This document shows positions 13,401 to 25,676 of a stretch of DNA of 64,000 nt, piece by piece. How positions within the stretch are numbered: the first letter of the stretch is position 1; each line of letters starts with the position of its first letter. Under the pieces are notes generated by a model. It searched no databases, had not been told where the DNA came from, and saw only the letters and a list, made by a program, of their open reading frames with translations. The position numbers were made by a program, and so were the translations under genes. This DNA comes from Haplodiscus bocki (lineage: Eukaryota): positions 148,676,001 to 148,740,000 of the forward strand of contig OZ296648.1 in NCBI GenBank assembly GCA_965655095.1. The letters are read 5' to 3'.

Positions 13401-14779
13401 GTGAGGAACATTGTAATTCCTCCAACTAGAGCACACGATAATTTTTATGTATAATATATTAATTTAAGAACTTGTCAATCACTTTTTGCTGGTATATCTT
13501 TCATTGTAGTTTATAACCCACTCATAATCATTAACACTGGAATCCTTCCGAAGTAAATGAATCCTGGAGACAAATATTTACCAATTCAGGTTTCCGTACA
13601 TTTTCGGAGTAAACTGCAAGAAGCTAATGAGTTTTTAGATTACCCTATAGTTGTTTCTTCTGCAATTGATGAACTTCGTGATAAACAACACTTCTTTGAA
13701 ACTTCTGTAGTGGCTAAAGTGATAAGACTTAACAATCCACGCCACTGGCTTTTGAGAGACCTTTCTCTAATAAATGTTTTCCAATATACATTTTTCCCAA
13801 TTAATTGTTCTAGACACTGTAACAATACCACAAATTAAACTTTATTCTCTGTTTCTGAGAAAACTTTTCTGATTTGTTTATTAACTTGTCTGAAACGCTT
13901 TACAGCAAACTCAATTTTAAAATTTTTCAAATCATCTCATTGAACAAAAACTACTCCCATTTTCGATTAAGGCTGAAATTACTAATGTGAAGCTTCTTAA
14001 TTTACTTCAAATCAACTCTGATTTTATCTCTCAATTGGATTTATTACCCATGATGATTACACGCACAATGACTACGAACAGACTTCTTGATGATAATTTT
14101 GACGAAATACGTTCAAATCAATGAATGATCTCTGAAAAAAGTACTTCTCAAAAAAAAACAAAACAAAACATTAGTGTTTGTTGTCAACCTCAAACAAAAA
14201 CAACGTCTGGCAATTCAAATTCCAATATGAAAATTAATGAAACCACTGAAAGTACTCCTCCTACTGAAGGTAATGCAGTCTCAATTCCAACTACTTCTAC
14301 TCTGATACCAGGTATTCCTAAAACACTGCAAGTTCCAACAAAAACTATTCGACGCAATTGTGACATTTATAAAGATCCAAACATATCTGAAAAGTCTGCA
14401 TCTGAGCATATTGCAATTGCCCATCATTTTCAATTTCAAGAAACTGCAAAACTACCATTTCTGCAATTTAAAAGACCCAATGTATTAACCATTTACTGAT
14501 TATATCAACCAGATTCAAAATAATCCAACTGTAACAAATCATCCAAATAGATCAAAAGATCATACAATCATGCTGAATACAATAACTACAACTGTTCTTT
14601 TTTTGTCAAGACTCTCTTGGTTCTACTTACTCATGCAGTAACACCAACAAATTTCCTTTTCAAGCCAAAACCAAAATGAATGCCACGGCAAATCCATCTC
14701 AAACGTTATATCAACCACACAGCGCACCTATTCAATGTTTTTTTTGCAAGTTTACATTACTTTTTGTTGCAACGAACAA

Positions 14780-15560
14780 ATCTGTAAGAACTTTTTATGG
14801 ACTTAACCATCTTTATACTCCTGAAGAGTTCTTACAAAAAAGTGATGCACACCTAATTTTTGCTATGGGAGAACAGTTTGTCGATCCCGCACGTTATAAT
14901 CAACGGCACAAAAATAAGGTGGCTTAAATACAATGCTCTATATCTGGAATCGATTGAAGCTGGTTTTTGCGACTTCATGAAAATTTCAAAAGTGACTGAT
15001 CTGCTTTTGCATCTGTTTTCAAAAAACAACTTTCTTCACAGAACACTGCATGTTATGCACAAGTTGAAACCCAAGCGTTAACGAAGAAAGAGACTATAAA
15101 GATACGTCTTTATGATCTGAAAGTCCAACACATAGTTGAAAAAGGCCGGTGTAACGGATCTGTTGCAAATGTTAACCTCAATTGTAATGAAATTTTCACT
15201 CGAGATTTACCAAAAAAATTGAAAAGTCTTGCTCAAAAACGTCAAGTCAAACATGCGTCCACTGCTACGGAACCCTCCGTTCAATTTCAAACATTGGTTA
15301 AACTTGTTGACGCTGAAGATGTTCGGATGAAAAAATTCGTCTTCTTGACTTATCACTGGAAAATAAAAAGGTAACATCAAAATTAGAATTTTCAACGTTA
15401 CCTTTTAAAACTTATGATCCATATACTGAAATCTTGTTCACACGAACAATTGATCCAAAAAAAGAAACCCCAATTTCAGAAAAAATGTAATCATTGTCAT
15501 AAATCCAATCACTGTTTCAAACTGCTTTCGAAAGCAACGAGAGGATGAAGAAAAAAACGG
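14780..15560 (+). pseudogene. gag: gag remnant with zinc knuckle
   Basis: RTFYGLNHLYTPEEFL near 14790 resembles the capsid N-terminal motif of Gypsy Gags; CNHCHKSNH knuckle-like motif at ~15486. Confidence 0.6.
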
Positions 15561-17746
15561 AATAATTTTTATTCTCAATCGACGTCGCCTGTGATGTACT
15601 TTAGGCAATGCTTTAAAGCATATCGAAACCAAATTCATCCAAAAGAACAACTTATTGACTGTTGGCAATGATCAAGATGACACTGATACTGAATGGAAAA
15701 AAAGGAGTGATTAATGTTTTCACTCGGACCGAATTTGATAATTCATCAGAACCTGAAGATTCTCCGTAGCATAGATGAATTAGTAACTCTGAGAATTTCT
15801 TGAACCAACCTGCCACTCATAACTCTACATTGAAATTTGATGCTGACCATAATTTCTCCTCTGTGAAAAATGATACCTTGCATTCTCATTACGAACATTT
15901 TGACTATCTCTCATCCTCAATCGCAACTTTTTCTTGTCAATATCCTTCTCCAAAAGAGACAGAAAATCTTCACCATCTCATTCAATCTTATCCAATGATA
16001 CCACAGCCTTATTGACATTTTCGACAGATAAACAAACCTGTGAAAAAGTCTTCATCTCAGTATTTTAGTAATCTTTCTCCGACCAACAAGAAGATCCCAA
16101 ATATTAACCCTTCTTCAAACATTCCTCTTAGAACTCTGGAATACTGTCAATCTCATAAACCATAACTCAGCTTGTCTCCGAAAAATAACTCTGATAAATT
16201 ATGAAAAAACACTGTCAAATTTTTTGAAAAGTTCATTTTATATTTTCTCAAACATACCTCTGTAATTTTAGAATTTTTTTGTTTCCATCTGAAAAAAACT
16301 TCTCTGCCTCTCCACTGGCTCCTCACTGGTTCAATGGCTCACTGCCTTTTCACTGGTCGTGGATGTCTGTCAGTAGACTTCTGGACTTTTGGCTTTCTGG
16401 CTCTGGTTCTGCATATCTGCGTTTTCTGGAAACCTGCATTTTCGACTCTGCTGATATCTGCAATTTAATACCACTCTTCTCTGACCTCTCTTAAATGAAA
16501 CGTAATTTTCCATTGAGAAAGATATTACTGTGATTTTTGATGTTCTGGGGAAAACCAATGAAGTTCAATCCAAATTCTCTTGCAACTGCTCACCCTGTTG
16601 ATATAACTCGATTGTGACTTGGTTCAGAAAAAATGTGCTTTCGAAAAAACCGTCCGGCTCAACTGTCACTTCCTAAACTGTTGCACCTTTGTGTCATCCA
16701 ATTTGTTGCTCCGATGCAAACAAAAACTAGACGCACCATAGTTTGAAATTTGGCCATTGAAAACTGGTTCACACAGTAAAAGTTTGGACTCTTCTCATCA
16801 AAAAACTCCCAAACTCATCTTATCTCTTTTATGAACTCAAGAAGACTTTGGTTTCAATTCTGAGAATGCATTTTTTTTCGTAATTATGAGATAATTTCTT
16901 TTGTTTTAGATTTAATAATTCACCTCAAAGCGCTACCTTTTAACCTTAATTGCCTTGTATATCCTCCCCATGTTTATTTGACTCCACTTTTTCTCCACTT
17001 AATCAGTTCATGTATGCGCTAACATAAAGTAAAATAAATCGTTGCCAGAAAATTTAATTTGTCCAAATCAAAAAACTTTCACACTAAAATTTTGTCTGAA
17101 GTACCATCCGAAATCCGACAGAAAAAGAACAGAAAATGAACCAACTTTACGAAGAAACTTTGAGAACCAAGTTTCAAAAAAAAATGAAAGCGTTTCTACT
17201 TTGAAAGAACTGAAATTCTGAAGAAATGCTCAATTTGCAAAGAACTTGAGAACTCAGACTAAATTGTTCATTTGCTCCCTTTTCAACTCATAAGTTTGAT
17301 CTCACTCTCACGCTGACATGCTGATAATCCCGTACATGTTGGATTACGATTTGAACTTTGTCCAAGCTATTTCAACTTAAGTGAACAACAACAAATTGAG
17401 AGTCTCATGTGTTGAAACTCCGCAAATTAAAATTGATCTGTGAAACTATCGCAAGAAGTTAAAATGACCAATATACAGAAATCAATCAATTGTGATTGCT
17501 AAAGTTTGATTTTTCGCAACTAATTCAGAGGTCGAACCTTCAAAATTCAATTGAAAAGAATAGTTTAACTGACTGGAAAATCCTGTAAGAAGGAAAAACT
17601 TTCAAAAAATGAACTTTCTCAGAACTGAAATGTTTCAATAAAAAGGAAAGATGATAAACCGTAAAACTAAAACCGCACTGAGAAGTGCTAAACTTTCTGA
17701 TGCACATGCTGTGAAATTTGAATTTTAAAATAAAAACCCCCTCGGA

Positions 17747-18038
17747 TGTATTACATACACATTTTAGAGAAGATGATCTTGGAATATCATTGGGAAAAAT
17801 GTAACTCTATATTTCTTATTTATGACTTTAATAGATTTTTATGAGTTAGATATCAACTTAGAGTTGAAGTATTATCCAAGTAGAGAATAGTTGTTTTTTC
17901 GAGACAACTATTGAGAAATCTTGGGAAATCTTTGAGTACTCAAGTTAGATCAAGTTAGACAAAATCTAGATCAAGGTCTCTTCATAGTATTAACTTTACG
18001 GGAAAAACAAAGAAACATCTTTTTTTGAAGTTAATGCA
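17747..18038 (+). repeat. 3' LTR of the old LTR element
   Basis: Starts TGTATTA and ends TAATGCA; the distal 130 bp matches 11267-11397. Confidence 0.65.
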
Positions 18039-18476
18039 TTGCACTTGCCCAATAAAATGTCAGTCGCATAACAAAATGCAATTCATTTCATTTTGAGAGA
18101 CTTTGAAAAACTCAGCACGTGTGTGAATTTTTTTCGGAATGAACAGTATATGAAAACGATCAGAAAATTAGAAATTCATTTGATTAACTTTCCGATACTC
18201 AAACTTGTTGAACAATTTTTCAGCAAAACACTTAGACACTGATAAGAAAATTTCGCATTTTCCCTTTCAGTTTTAACTATGAATTGAAGAGTTGAGATTT
18301 TGTTTCTTTGCGCGTTTCTTGGTTTGTTTCGCAATGTCAAAGCAACCACATCAAACAGTGAGTTTTCTCGAAACTTGATTTTCTTTCGCTGATTTTCATA
18401 TCTGAAAATGAAAAGACTGAAAGTCGGAAAAGATAATCTTTAATCTCTATAGTCTCATTTGGCAGGATTCATCTCG

Positions 18477-18748
18477 GGTTTTTCCCAGTATCCCTATCCC
18501 TCCACCAAATTGCAATGAGCTGAGTTATAGCTTGCTGAATGAAAACTTTGTATGACTACTCACGTCTTTATAAGGATATGATTCACTAATTACGATTACA
18601 TGAACTAATTTGTGATCTCAACATGACTCTAAACATACAAAAAGTCGGTGCGGAATGTTATGAAAATCATTTTTTGTCAATGTGTTTTTTTTCGAAAGGG
18701 CGGTTACTTCTTTGCAGTAAGCTATGGTGGGGGATACTGGAAAAAACC
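18477..18748. mobile_element. MITE with 18-bp terminal inverted repeats
   Basis: ggtttttcccagtatccc (18477-18494) and gggatactggaaaaaacc (18731-18748) are 17/18 complementary; no clean TSD. Confidence 0.6.
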
Positions 18749-19649
18749 TTTGATCTTTTCAACAAATAGTTCGTTATAATCGGCTTACAAAGGTCTTCCG
18801 AAATTATAGCGATTTTCGGAATGGGGTTTGCCAAAGTTTGAAAGTATTATTTATAGAGCCCGGACAAGTTAATCGGTTGACCGATTAACTGGTTATTTAA
18901 ATCTCAGCTGAATAAATTTTTTTACTCGTTATAGCAAAAATCTATACAGTCAGAAATAAACGAGGATCGCTCAGGAGAAAAGCTGTTTTGAGCTTTGGAT
19001 TTCTGACCAAACTCCAACGTGTTTTATAGAACAATTCACAAAGTAGCAACCTGTCCCTCTTTAATATTTTTTGTCACGTTTTTGCCTTTTGTAAAAGATC
19101 CTTTTGTGTTCATGAATTTTTTTCTTTGAGTTGTTGTCTTGAAACTTCATAACCTTTACGTCGATTTTTTTCGCTTCGAGCTGATGCGGGTGGTAGCCAA
19201 CAACCAAAAATTTAGCAGCGCCGCCGCGCCTCATGTCCTTGTTCAAAATTGTTGAGCTTCCAGTTTAGGTGACCCTTTAACCGAATTATCCTGTTAATTT
19301 TCACGGTTAAGGGGTTAAGCTATTTATTAACTAGTCTAAGCTTTAATTAACTATACAGAAAAATGAAAACTTTTTTGGCAGAATAGTATTTTCAGTTACA
19401 TTCTGTTTCGATGATTGTCCACCCTTATCGGCTGGCATTGATGAAAATGGATACAGGTTGGTGTTGAGACATACTGGCAACCAAATGACGATCGAGGATT
19501 TTATGCAATTGTACCTGAAACGTTTTCTATCTGGTCCGTTCGTCAATGACGTCAAAAATTCTCATTTCAGAGATCCTATGCTACCTTTCTACTGGCTTGA
19601 AACAACTGGGGTCAGACTGGGCGCTTTCGATACCCAAGGATTGAAAAGT

Positions 19650-19850
19650 TCATCGATATATTTCAGAACTCTGTCAGGAAATTCCACAACCTGGCCTTTT
19701 CTTTTTGAAAACAACTGCTTGCTTGTTGAAAATAATACGCAAATTTCGTACACGGATATGGGTGAGTTATGCGCCTATAGCAGCTTCAGGCCAAAAAGTG
19801 TGGATGGGTTATCCCAGAAGGCCGTGTTTTTTTTTGGAACAAGTTCCACA
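19650..19850 (-). pseudogene. Possible hAT transposase C-terminal dimerisation domain remnant
   Basis: AFWDNPSTLFGLKLL*..PISVYEICVLFSTSKQLFSKRK loosely fits FW....L..LA...P.S...ER.FS. Neighbouring ttaaccg/ggttaa repeats lie at 18865-18895 and 19277-19320. Confidence 0.3.
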
Positions 19851-20525
19851 TGCTCAGATGATCAATTTGTTTGGTCCATGTTGAACGCCGAAATAGATTC
19901 TGGAGTCTGGACTGGCAGAACGAGATCTGCGCAGAAACACCTTTCGAAAACCAACTCACCGTCGCGCTCTATAACAGCTTCTCGGCACTCGTGAACAACT
20001 ATGTGGCCCTTCAAGTAGCGAGTAAGCTTGAGATTAGAATCAGGCACATTTACTCCGATAGGAGCTTCGACAACCAGCGGTTTCCAGAAAGGCTTCAGAT
20101 ATCCTTTATTCACTGTAATTCACCTTGAGGATTTCTTCAAGCGAGGAGAAATGGACCAAACTAATGACACCAGGTAGATGTGCCATGAAATTTTGTTTTT
20201 CTGAGGAAGTAATTTCTCATTTTTTTTCGATCAAAATCTTTCGAATTAATTGTGATTTTTTCTGTAATTTTTAAACAACAGCACCTACCAATCAGACAAA
20301 ATTAGCATTTTTAAGATGAGAGCTAATTTTTAAATTTTTCAAAAATATTGTTAAGATCACAGATGACTTCATTTCATCAAAATTGGGCGGAAACTCAAAA
20401 AGATTCATTATTTGGAACCTATGTGTTGCAGCACGACTTCAGCTCCTTTTTTGAAGGAAGACCTCTATCGGAGCGAAGACATGACTGCTCAACTCGGAAG
20501 TGCATCTCAAATTATGATCGTCATC

Positions 20526-21329
20526 TGTCGGACTGAGGCATGGCCGTAGCAGAAGTACCACGCTCAGTCCTGGGGTATGAATTCGGACGCCTTGAGGTAG
20601 ATATTCCTTGCACCAGCCGAGTCAACTCCTCTAGCTGGCGGGTCAGATGAGCAATAAACCCTCTATTCTGCTCGTTGACCGCCTCTTGTGTCAACGTTTG
20701 AATTTCCGGACTTTCTCCTTCGACATTTTCCGATGAACTTCTGTTCACGAGTTCCTCAGTACTACCGTGATGGCTCATTTTGCGTTCGACTGACGTTTGA
20801 TAGAATTTTCCGTTTCTCAGTTCTCTGTAGGCCGTGGAATGAAGTTTCAAGACTTGGATTTTATTTCAATATTTTCGTTATTTCAGTGTGTACAGAAGTA
20901 ATGATATTTTAGCGAATTTTACAAGAACTATTGATAAAAGCGATTAAAGTTAAAATCTGTTAATACTGGTCTGGGTCAAAGTATTAGTACTTTCTCAAGA
21001 TCCAGGCAGGCGCGAGCGGTGTCTCTGATTGCGCTCAAATTATGTCGCCACTCGGTCGATTCGCGTGGTCACGTGGCCAATGGTAAGACTGATTCTTACC
21101 ATCGGAGTTTCCTCATTGGTTCGTTTGCAATATAAGTAATTAACTAACTAAGCTGTGAAACACAAATCCACCGGAACCTTGAGGGCTACAAGCACGTAGC
21201 ATGAAATTATGCAAATTCTTGCAATAAATCTGCATAAAATGAATATGGCATAATATAACAAATCATGTATGCAAAATGATTAAGCCAAATAAAAATTAGA
21301 ATATCAGTACATTTCTCGCAAAACTTACA
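20526..21329 (-). mobile_element. Probable solo LTR containing the start of an ORF
   Basis: On the minus strand it reads TGTAAG...TCCGACA. ORF 20521-20850 (MSHHGSTEEL..LTRQLEELTRLVQG..MPQSD) runs off the CA end. TSD is imperfect. Confidence 0.45.
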
Positions 21330-22279
21330 AGATCACAATTGTAAATCTGCGTTTAGAACAAGCTATTTCACTTTTCATCGGAATTCACCGTTTCATCTAT
21401 TTCTACCCCTCTTGTCCGTATTTCAAAGTCAGTTAGGTCCTATGTTTTAGGAATTCTGATGTTATTTGCCAAGGTGAGTCCATAGCTCTTTATATCGTTG
21501 AGTTAGGTTAATACTGCAATGGTTCGATGAATAACGATGATATTAAATACTGTCAGCACCTACTGTTTCTTTATAAGTCACGTTTAGTCGCGGTGTTCAT
21601 CCTGTCGATGAAAACGGATGTACTTCTACACAGTCAGTCAGTTTATATGAGGGGTTTTCGTCATTCGGATGAAAACCGATGGATTCCAAATTGTTGCTAA
21701 ATGTCAAAATAGGAGGTTTACTAGGGTCAGATGTAAACCGATGAAATATATTTCTGCCATTAAATCCTTCTTTTGTTACTTACAGGCTTGTGAAATGTTA
21801 GTAGTTATTCTCTGGGCAATCGCATTCTACTATGCGTCTTGTTTGGAATGAATTAATGGAGAGAAACATCGTTCAGATGTTTTTTGATGAAAAATTCATA
21901 TCGGCTCTTTTTCTTATCCTAATAATCTCGCCGCTACAGAGGGCACTTGTAGTGACTTAGAGTATTCCGGTTGTAGCATTCCGGTGTCTTTTATGCTAGT
22001 TCTAGTTACTCTGAGCCTTCATCGGAATTTGTCATTTTTCATCGAATTGTTCCAGCACATTGTGTATGGATGGGTAGTGATGCTTTTGTATGCTCAGCGA
22101 TACTTTCTACATAATACATATTGTCGTTCACATAGTACATAAATCTCTATCATAGCTGGGGGAAGGGAAGTAATATAACAAACTCGCGTTTATACCTTTT
22201 TGGCTACAGAAATGCATTAAGATCTTAGTAATGAAAATGGCTTCATACATATAAAACATACCGTAAGTTTAGTGATATG

Positions 22280-22460
22280 TAGAGAACTCAGTATTTCTAT
22301 CATGCGGGCATGACATCATCTAAGATGTAGCCAGTTCGATTAAAGACTGTCTCACTTTCAAAGGTACTGGTGACACTTTGATTTGGTTCTCAGATGCAAA
22401 TCTTCTGTCTGCATGTAAATGGGATCTTGGAGGTATCGATTTTGATGTATTCGCTTTATC
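22280..22460 (-). pseudogene. hAT transposase C-terminal remnant (likely host element of the large LTR insertion)
   Basis: TSTFESETVFNRTGYILDD fits the hAT S..SER.FS..G.I motif; repeated CGATGAA/TTCATCG subterminal-like motifs at ~21370-22045. Confidence 0.4.
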
Positions 22461-23027
22461 TTCCTCTAAATTGGGTCGATATTTCCTCCTTCAAAGTGGC
22501 GGCACTTGGAACTGTGGGGAAGCCGAGGGCCCTTCTGCAGTGACCTGCAGACAAAAGGATTATATACCTGCTTGCTCTTGGGAAAGAATGTGGGCCGTTA
22601 AATATGACAGTCCTTCGAAAGAAGAGAAATTTTACGCAGGACATTTCATTTGTATGGTTTATTACTCGGAGAGTGGAACACCAATGAGATAAGAACAAAA
22701 TTCGATCAGACAAACGAAAGTCGCGTCATCTATCGAAATTTTTGTGAAACCAGCGGGCTTCCAAATTGAAGAGGTTTTAATTTTCAGTGACTCATGTCGC
22801 GTTATAGCTAACGCTTAAAGAGATATATTATATTTCTTACATATATGCAAAAATATATTAAACAGGAAATGAATAATGTGTAACAAGAGAAATGCAGACG
22901 GTATTGACTAACCTGGGAGCTGGTGTTGGAGTGGCATAACATGCGGTATAAAAGAAGGCTGAAGGAATGGAATTGCACAAGAAAAGGAAGAAAGCAAAAA
23001 TTCTAAAAGCGTTGGAACGCGGTTCAA

Positions 23028-23123
23028 CGCTATTGGCTCAACGACTGGTCACGAAGTAAAATTCCATTTTGGCTCAACGACGCTATTGGCTCAACGACCT
23101 ATCACGAAGTATAACTCCATTTT
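23028..23123 (+). repeat. 53-bp tandem duplication in the 5' LTR
   Basis: cgctattggctcaacgac...tcacgaagta.aa.tccatttt at 23028 and 23081. Confidence 0.85.
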
Positions 23124-23308
23124 GCAGCTAGGACGGGAAAGGCGGCCATAACTTACTTACTCATTTTCTGGACGGCGACCATACATCTTTCCCTTTACCT
23201 TGCTCCCTTTCCTTTTTACCTTGCTTTCTCTTCCTTCGCCCTTGGTTAAAATAAATCTGAATTCTGTTTCTTCTTTCCTCGGACGGAAATGTTTCAAGAC
23301 AATTCCAA

Positions 23309-23895
23309 TTTGTCTTAGCTACAAATTCTGCTGCTTATAGAACCAAACTACTCACTTTCGATTTTTCACCAAATGATCCTTTTGGCTCTCGCCAAAACTG
23401 AAGGAATACGCGGCCACTCGAGTATAAATACCCAGTGCACGGCCATTTTTATTCATTCGCTTGCTACCACCAACTACCCTATTTCCCCGAGGCGAAACTC
23501 TCTTCCACTTTCCTCTCATCCGAATTCTGGGGTTCAATCCTAACCCCAAAGTTGTTCTGAGACAATCCCAAAACATGTCTTAGCCAAAATTCTTCATCTT
23601 TTCAACTGAATTGGTCTTGGCCGCAAATTCTGTTTTACAGAACCAACCTACTCGCTCTCGGTTTCTCATCAAATGATCCTATTGGATCTCGCCCAACACG
23701 TGACAGTTTGAGTATAAACACCCAGTGCACAACCATAATATTCATTCGCTTCCTACCGTCAACTACCCTACTTCCCCGAGGCGAAACTCTCTTCCACATT
23801 CTTCCCGTCAATACTCTGGAAATATTCAAAGACTTTCTATCAACAACCCGAAAATATTCAAAGACTTTTTCGCCTGCAGAATTGTCTTAGCCGCA
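23309..23895 (+). repeat. ~300-bp tandem duplication inside the LTR (also at ~38945-39530)
   Basis: Shared blocks gtctt.gc..caaattctg, cccagtgcac and actaccta.ttccccgaggcgaaactctcttccac occur twice; a third partial unit starts near 23880. Confidence 0.85.
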
Positions 23896-23929
23896 AGTCA
23901 CTAATATCCCGGAAATTTTCAAAGATTTT

Positions 23930-24022
23930 CCAGCAGCAGCAGCAGCAACAACCAGCCGTAGCAACCAGCAGCAGCAACCAGCAAAAGCAACCAGCAGCAG
24001 CAACCAGCAGCAGCAACCACCA
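23930..24022 (+). repeat. 13-bp minisatellite (CCAGCAGCAGCAA) in the 5' LTR
   Basis: Visible tandem units; a longer array is present in the 3' LTR. Confidence 0.9.
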
Positions 24023-25652
24023 TTAATCCTAACAGCAACACCTACGCAATCAACGCCGACCTCCGTTAGTTATCAATACGGTTCCTAGCAGAGGATATCC
24101 CGCTATCAGTTGACCTAGGACTAGCTGCCCGGTAGCAGAGAGTAATCACCCCACCGAGGCCCAATTTTGTTACCTTTCCACTTTTCTGAAATTCCCTTTT
24201 TATGGTTTTTTCCCTTTTTTGCTAAGGCTTAGTTTTAATTATTAATTGGTAAAAGTAAAACTCATAAAATTTACGACCAGTCGACAGTCCTTATGACTTA
24301 TTTCCTGGTCGCAGATTAAAGAGAAAAAGTTTTATTGCTGGTGTCACGTGGGCCCGGACTGTTAATCGGCAGGTGACAAAAACCCAGCTTAATAATATGA
24401 CCCGACGCGTGGAATATCTATACGGTGGTCATTTTTTATACTAAGAGTAGTGTAAAATGCTTGTAATTTAAAATGCATGTAATTTCAACCCCTTTCCCTA
24501 CAGGCTGGCCTATCAAGCTTGGGACTAAAACAGGGGCTAGTTTTTTTAACCCGTCACCCTGAAACTCTAGCGAGAGACGTGGTTTAGCTAAACGTAAAAC
24601 AATCTGTAAAAAGACGGGTTAAAAAAGCCGAATAGATAAGACGGGACTTGCTCGTCACCCGCACTAGTCAAAAAGTAAAATGGTGTATGTTTACCCTATT
24701 TGCTTTATTCTCAGATTTTCAGTTTCAACAGCAGCTGTTGTGGATGTGGATGTGGATTAGCTTTGATTCTGAAGTTTTATAAATTTGGTTTATAAATCTA
24801 AAAATTATTGGGACTAAATTTGGATTGTCCAAGAGCCTAATTTTGAGAATTCCATTTATATTTCAATTGGACTGAATCGAACGAGTCCAATTTCTATACA
24901 TGATTTATTGTTTCTTAACTGAATCAAATTTAATCAATTCAACTTTCATATTTGAATTTATAATTGTAATTCAGACAAAATTAAAGTAGTCTGAATTAGT
25001 TGATGTTATTAAATTTTATAACTTTAATTCAGACTGAATTAAAGCAGTCTGAAGTAGTTATTGTTATCAACATTTTCACTCCTAAATTGGAATTAACTTA
25101 ACGTTGATTAATTTTCAGCAATTTGTGGCATCCCCTATTTAACCCCTCGTTTAATCTTCTGACTTCTTGCTGAATAAGTTGCTGTCCACGGTTGATTTAA
25201 AATGAAGTTGATTAATTGAAGGTTAAAATTTCATATAAAATTGCTAAAGCTAATATTGAAATCGAAATAAAACAAGAGAAGAGTTGACTGAAGTGTATAA
25301 CGTTAAAGACCATATGGCAATTTTCCCTGTGTTAATCCACGCTTACAACCTCAGACAGAGCTGAGTAATTCCCCTTGCGTACGTGCAGTCAATTTCGTTT
25401 TCCGCAAGTCAACATATTGGAATACCTTCACTGAAAATTTAACTTTCCTTCGTATTATTCTCCGCTAAAGCTCACAAGTCCTTGCTTGAATTCACACAAT
25501 CCCTTTGTTCGCTCGATTAAGCAAGGCACACTACTGAGACTTATAAAGAATAGCCGTCGCTACATTGCAGCAGTGCTGACTGAGTCAGCCGCCAGCACAA
25601 CTAAGTAAATATTAGATTTGCAATACCTCTACCCCCACAACGTGCGACAAAC

Positions 25653-25669
25653 TGGTGCAACCAGTGAGG
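25653..25669 (+). promoter_or_regulatory. Primer binding site
   Basis: TGGTGCAACCAGTGAGG 3 nt after the LTR end. The tRNA identity is uncertain; it resembles tRNA-Ser-type PBSs after CpG decay. Confidence 0.75.
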
Positions 25670-25676
25670 CCATTAA

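Larger units (their letters stand above)
11267..18038 (+). mobile_element. Old, internally deleted Ty3/Gypsy-like LTR element (5' boundary approximate)
   Basis: Direct repeat 11267-11397 versus ~17906-18038 (aactattga.aaatc..ggaaatctttgagtact...gaagttaat.ca). PBS-like TGGTGCAATGACAG at 11401. The 3' LTR 17747-18038 runs TGTATTA...TAATGCA. A gag remnant is present; no pol motifs were found. Confidence 0.7.
22795..25649 (+). repeat. 5' LTR (2855 bp)
   Basis: Starts TGTCGCGTT and ends AACGTGCGACA; 23267-25649 aligns with 38903-41390. Confidence 0.93.

Noticed and set aside
19458-19994. 178-aa plus-strand ORF as a host gene
   Set aside because: Non-ATG start and no recognisable domain; the opposite strand weakly resembles a hAT transposase end.
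23352-23890. Short ORFs duplicated in both LTRs (MFWDCLRTT.., MNISRVL..)
   Set aside because: Their duplication follows from LTR identity; they use non-ATG starts or lack motifs, and there is no independent coding evidence.
23930-24022. CRISPR array or poly-Gln gene
   Set aside because: There are no unique spacers and no cas genes, the period is 13 nt, and the context is a eukaryotic LTR.
22795-25649. Hammerhead or other known ribozyme in the LTR
   Set aside because: I found no convincing CUGAnGA...GAAA core with flanking stems by eye; only generic stems are reported.
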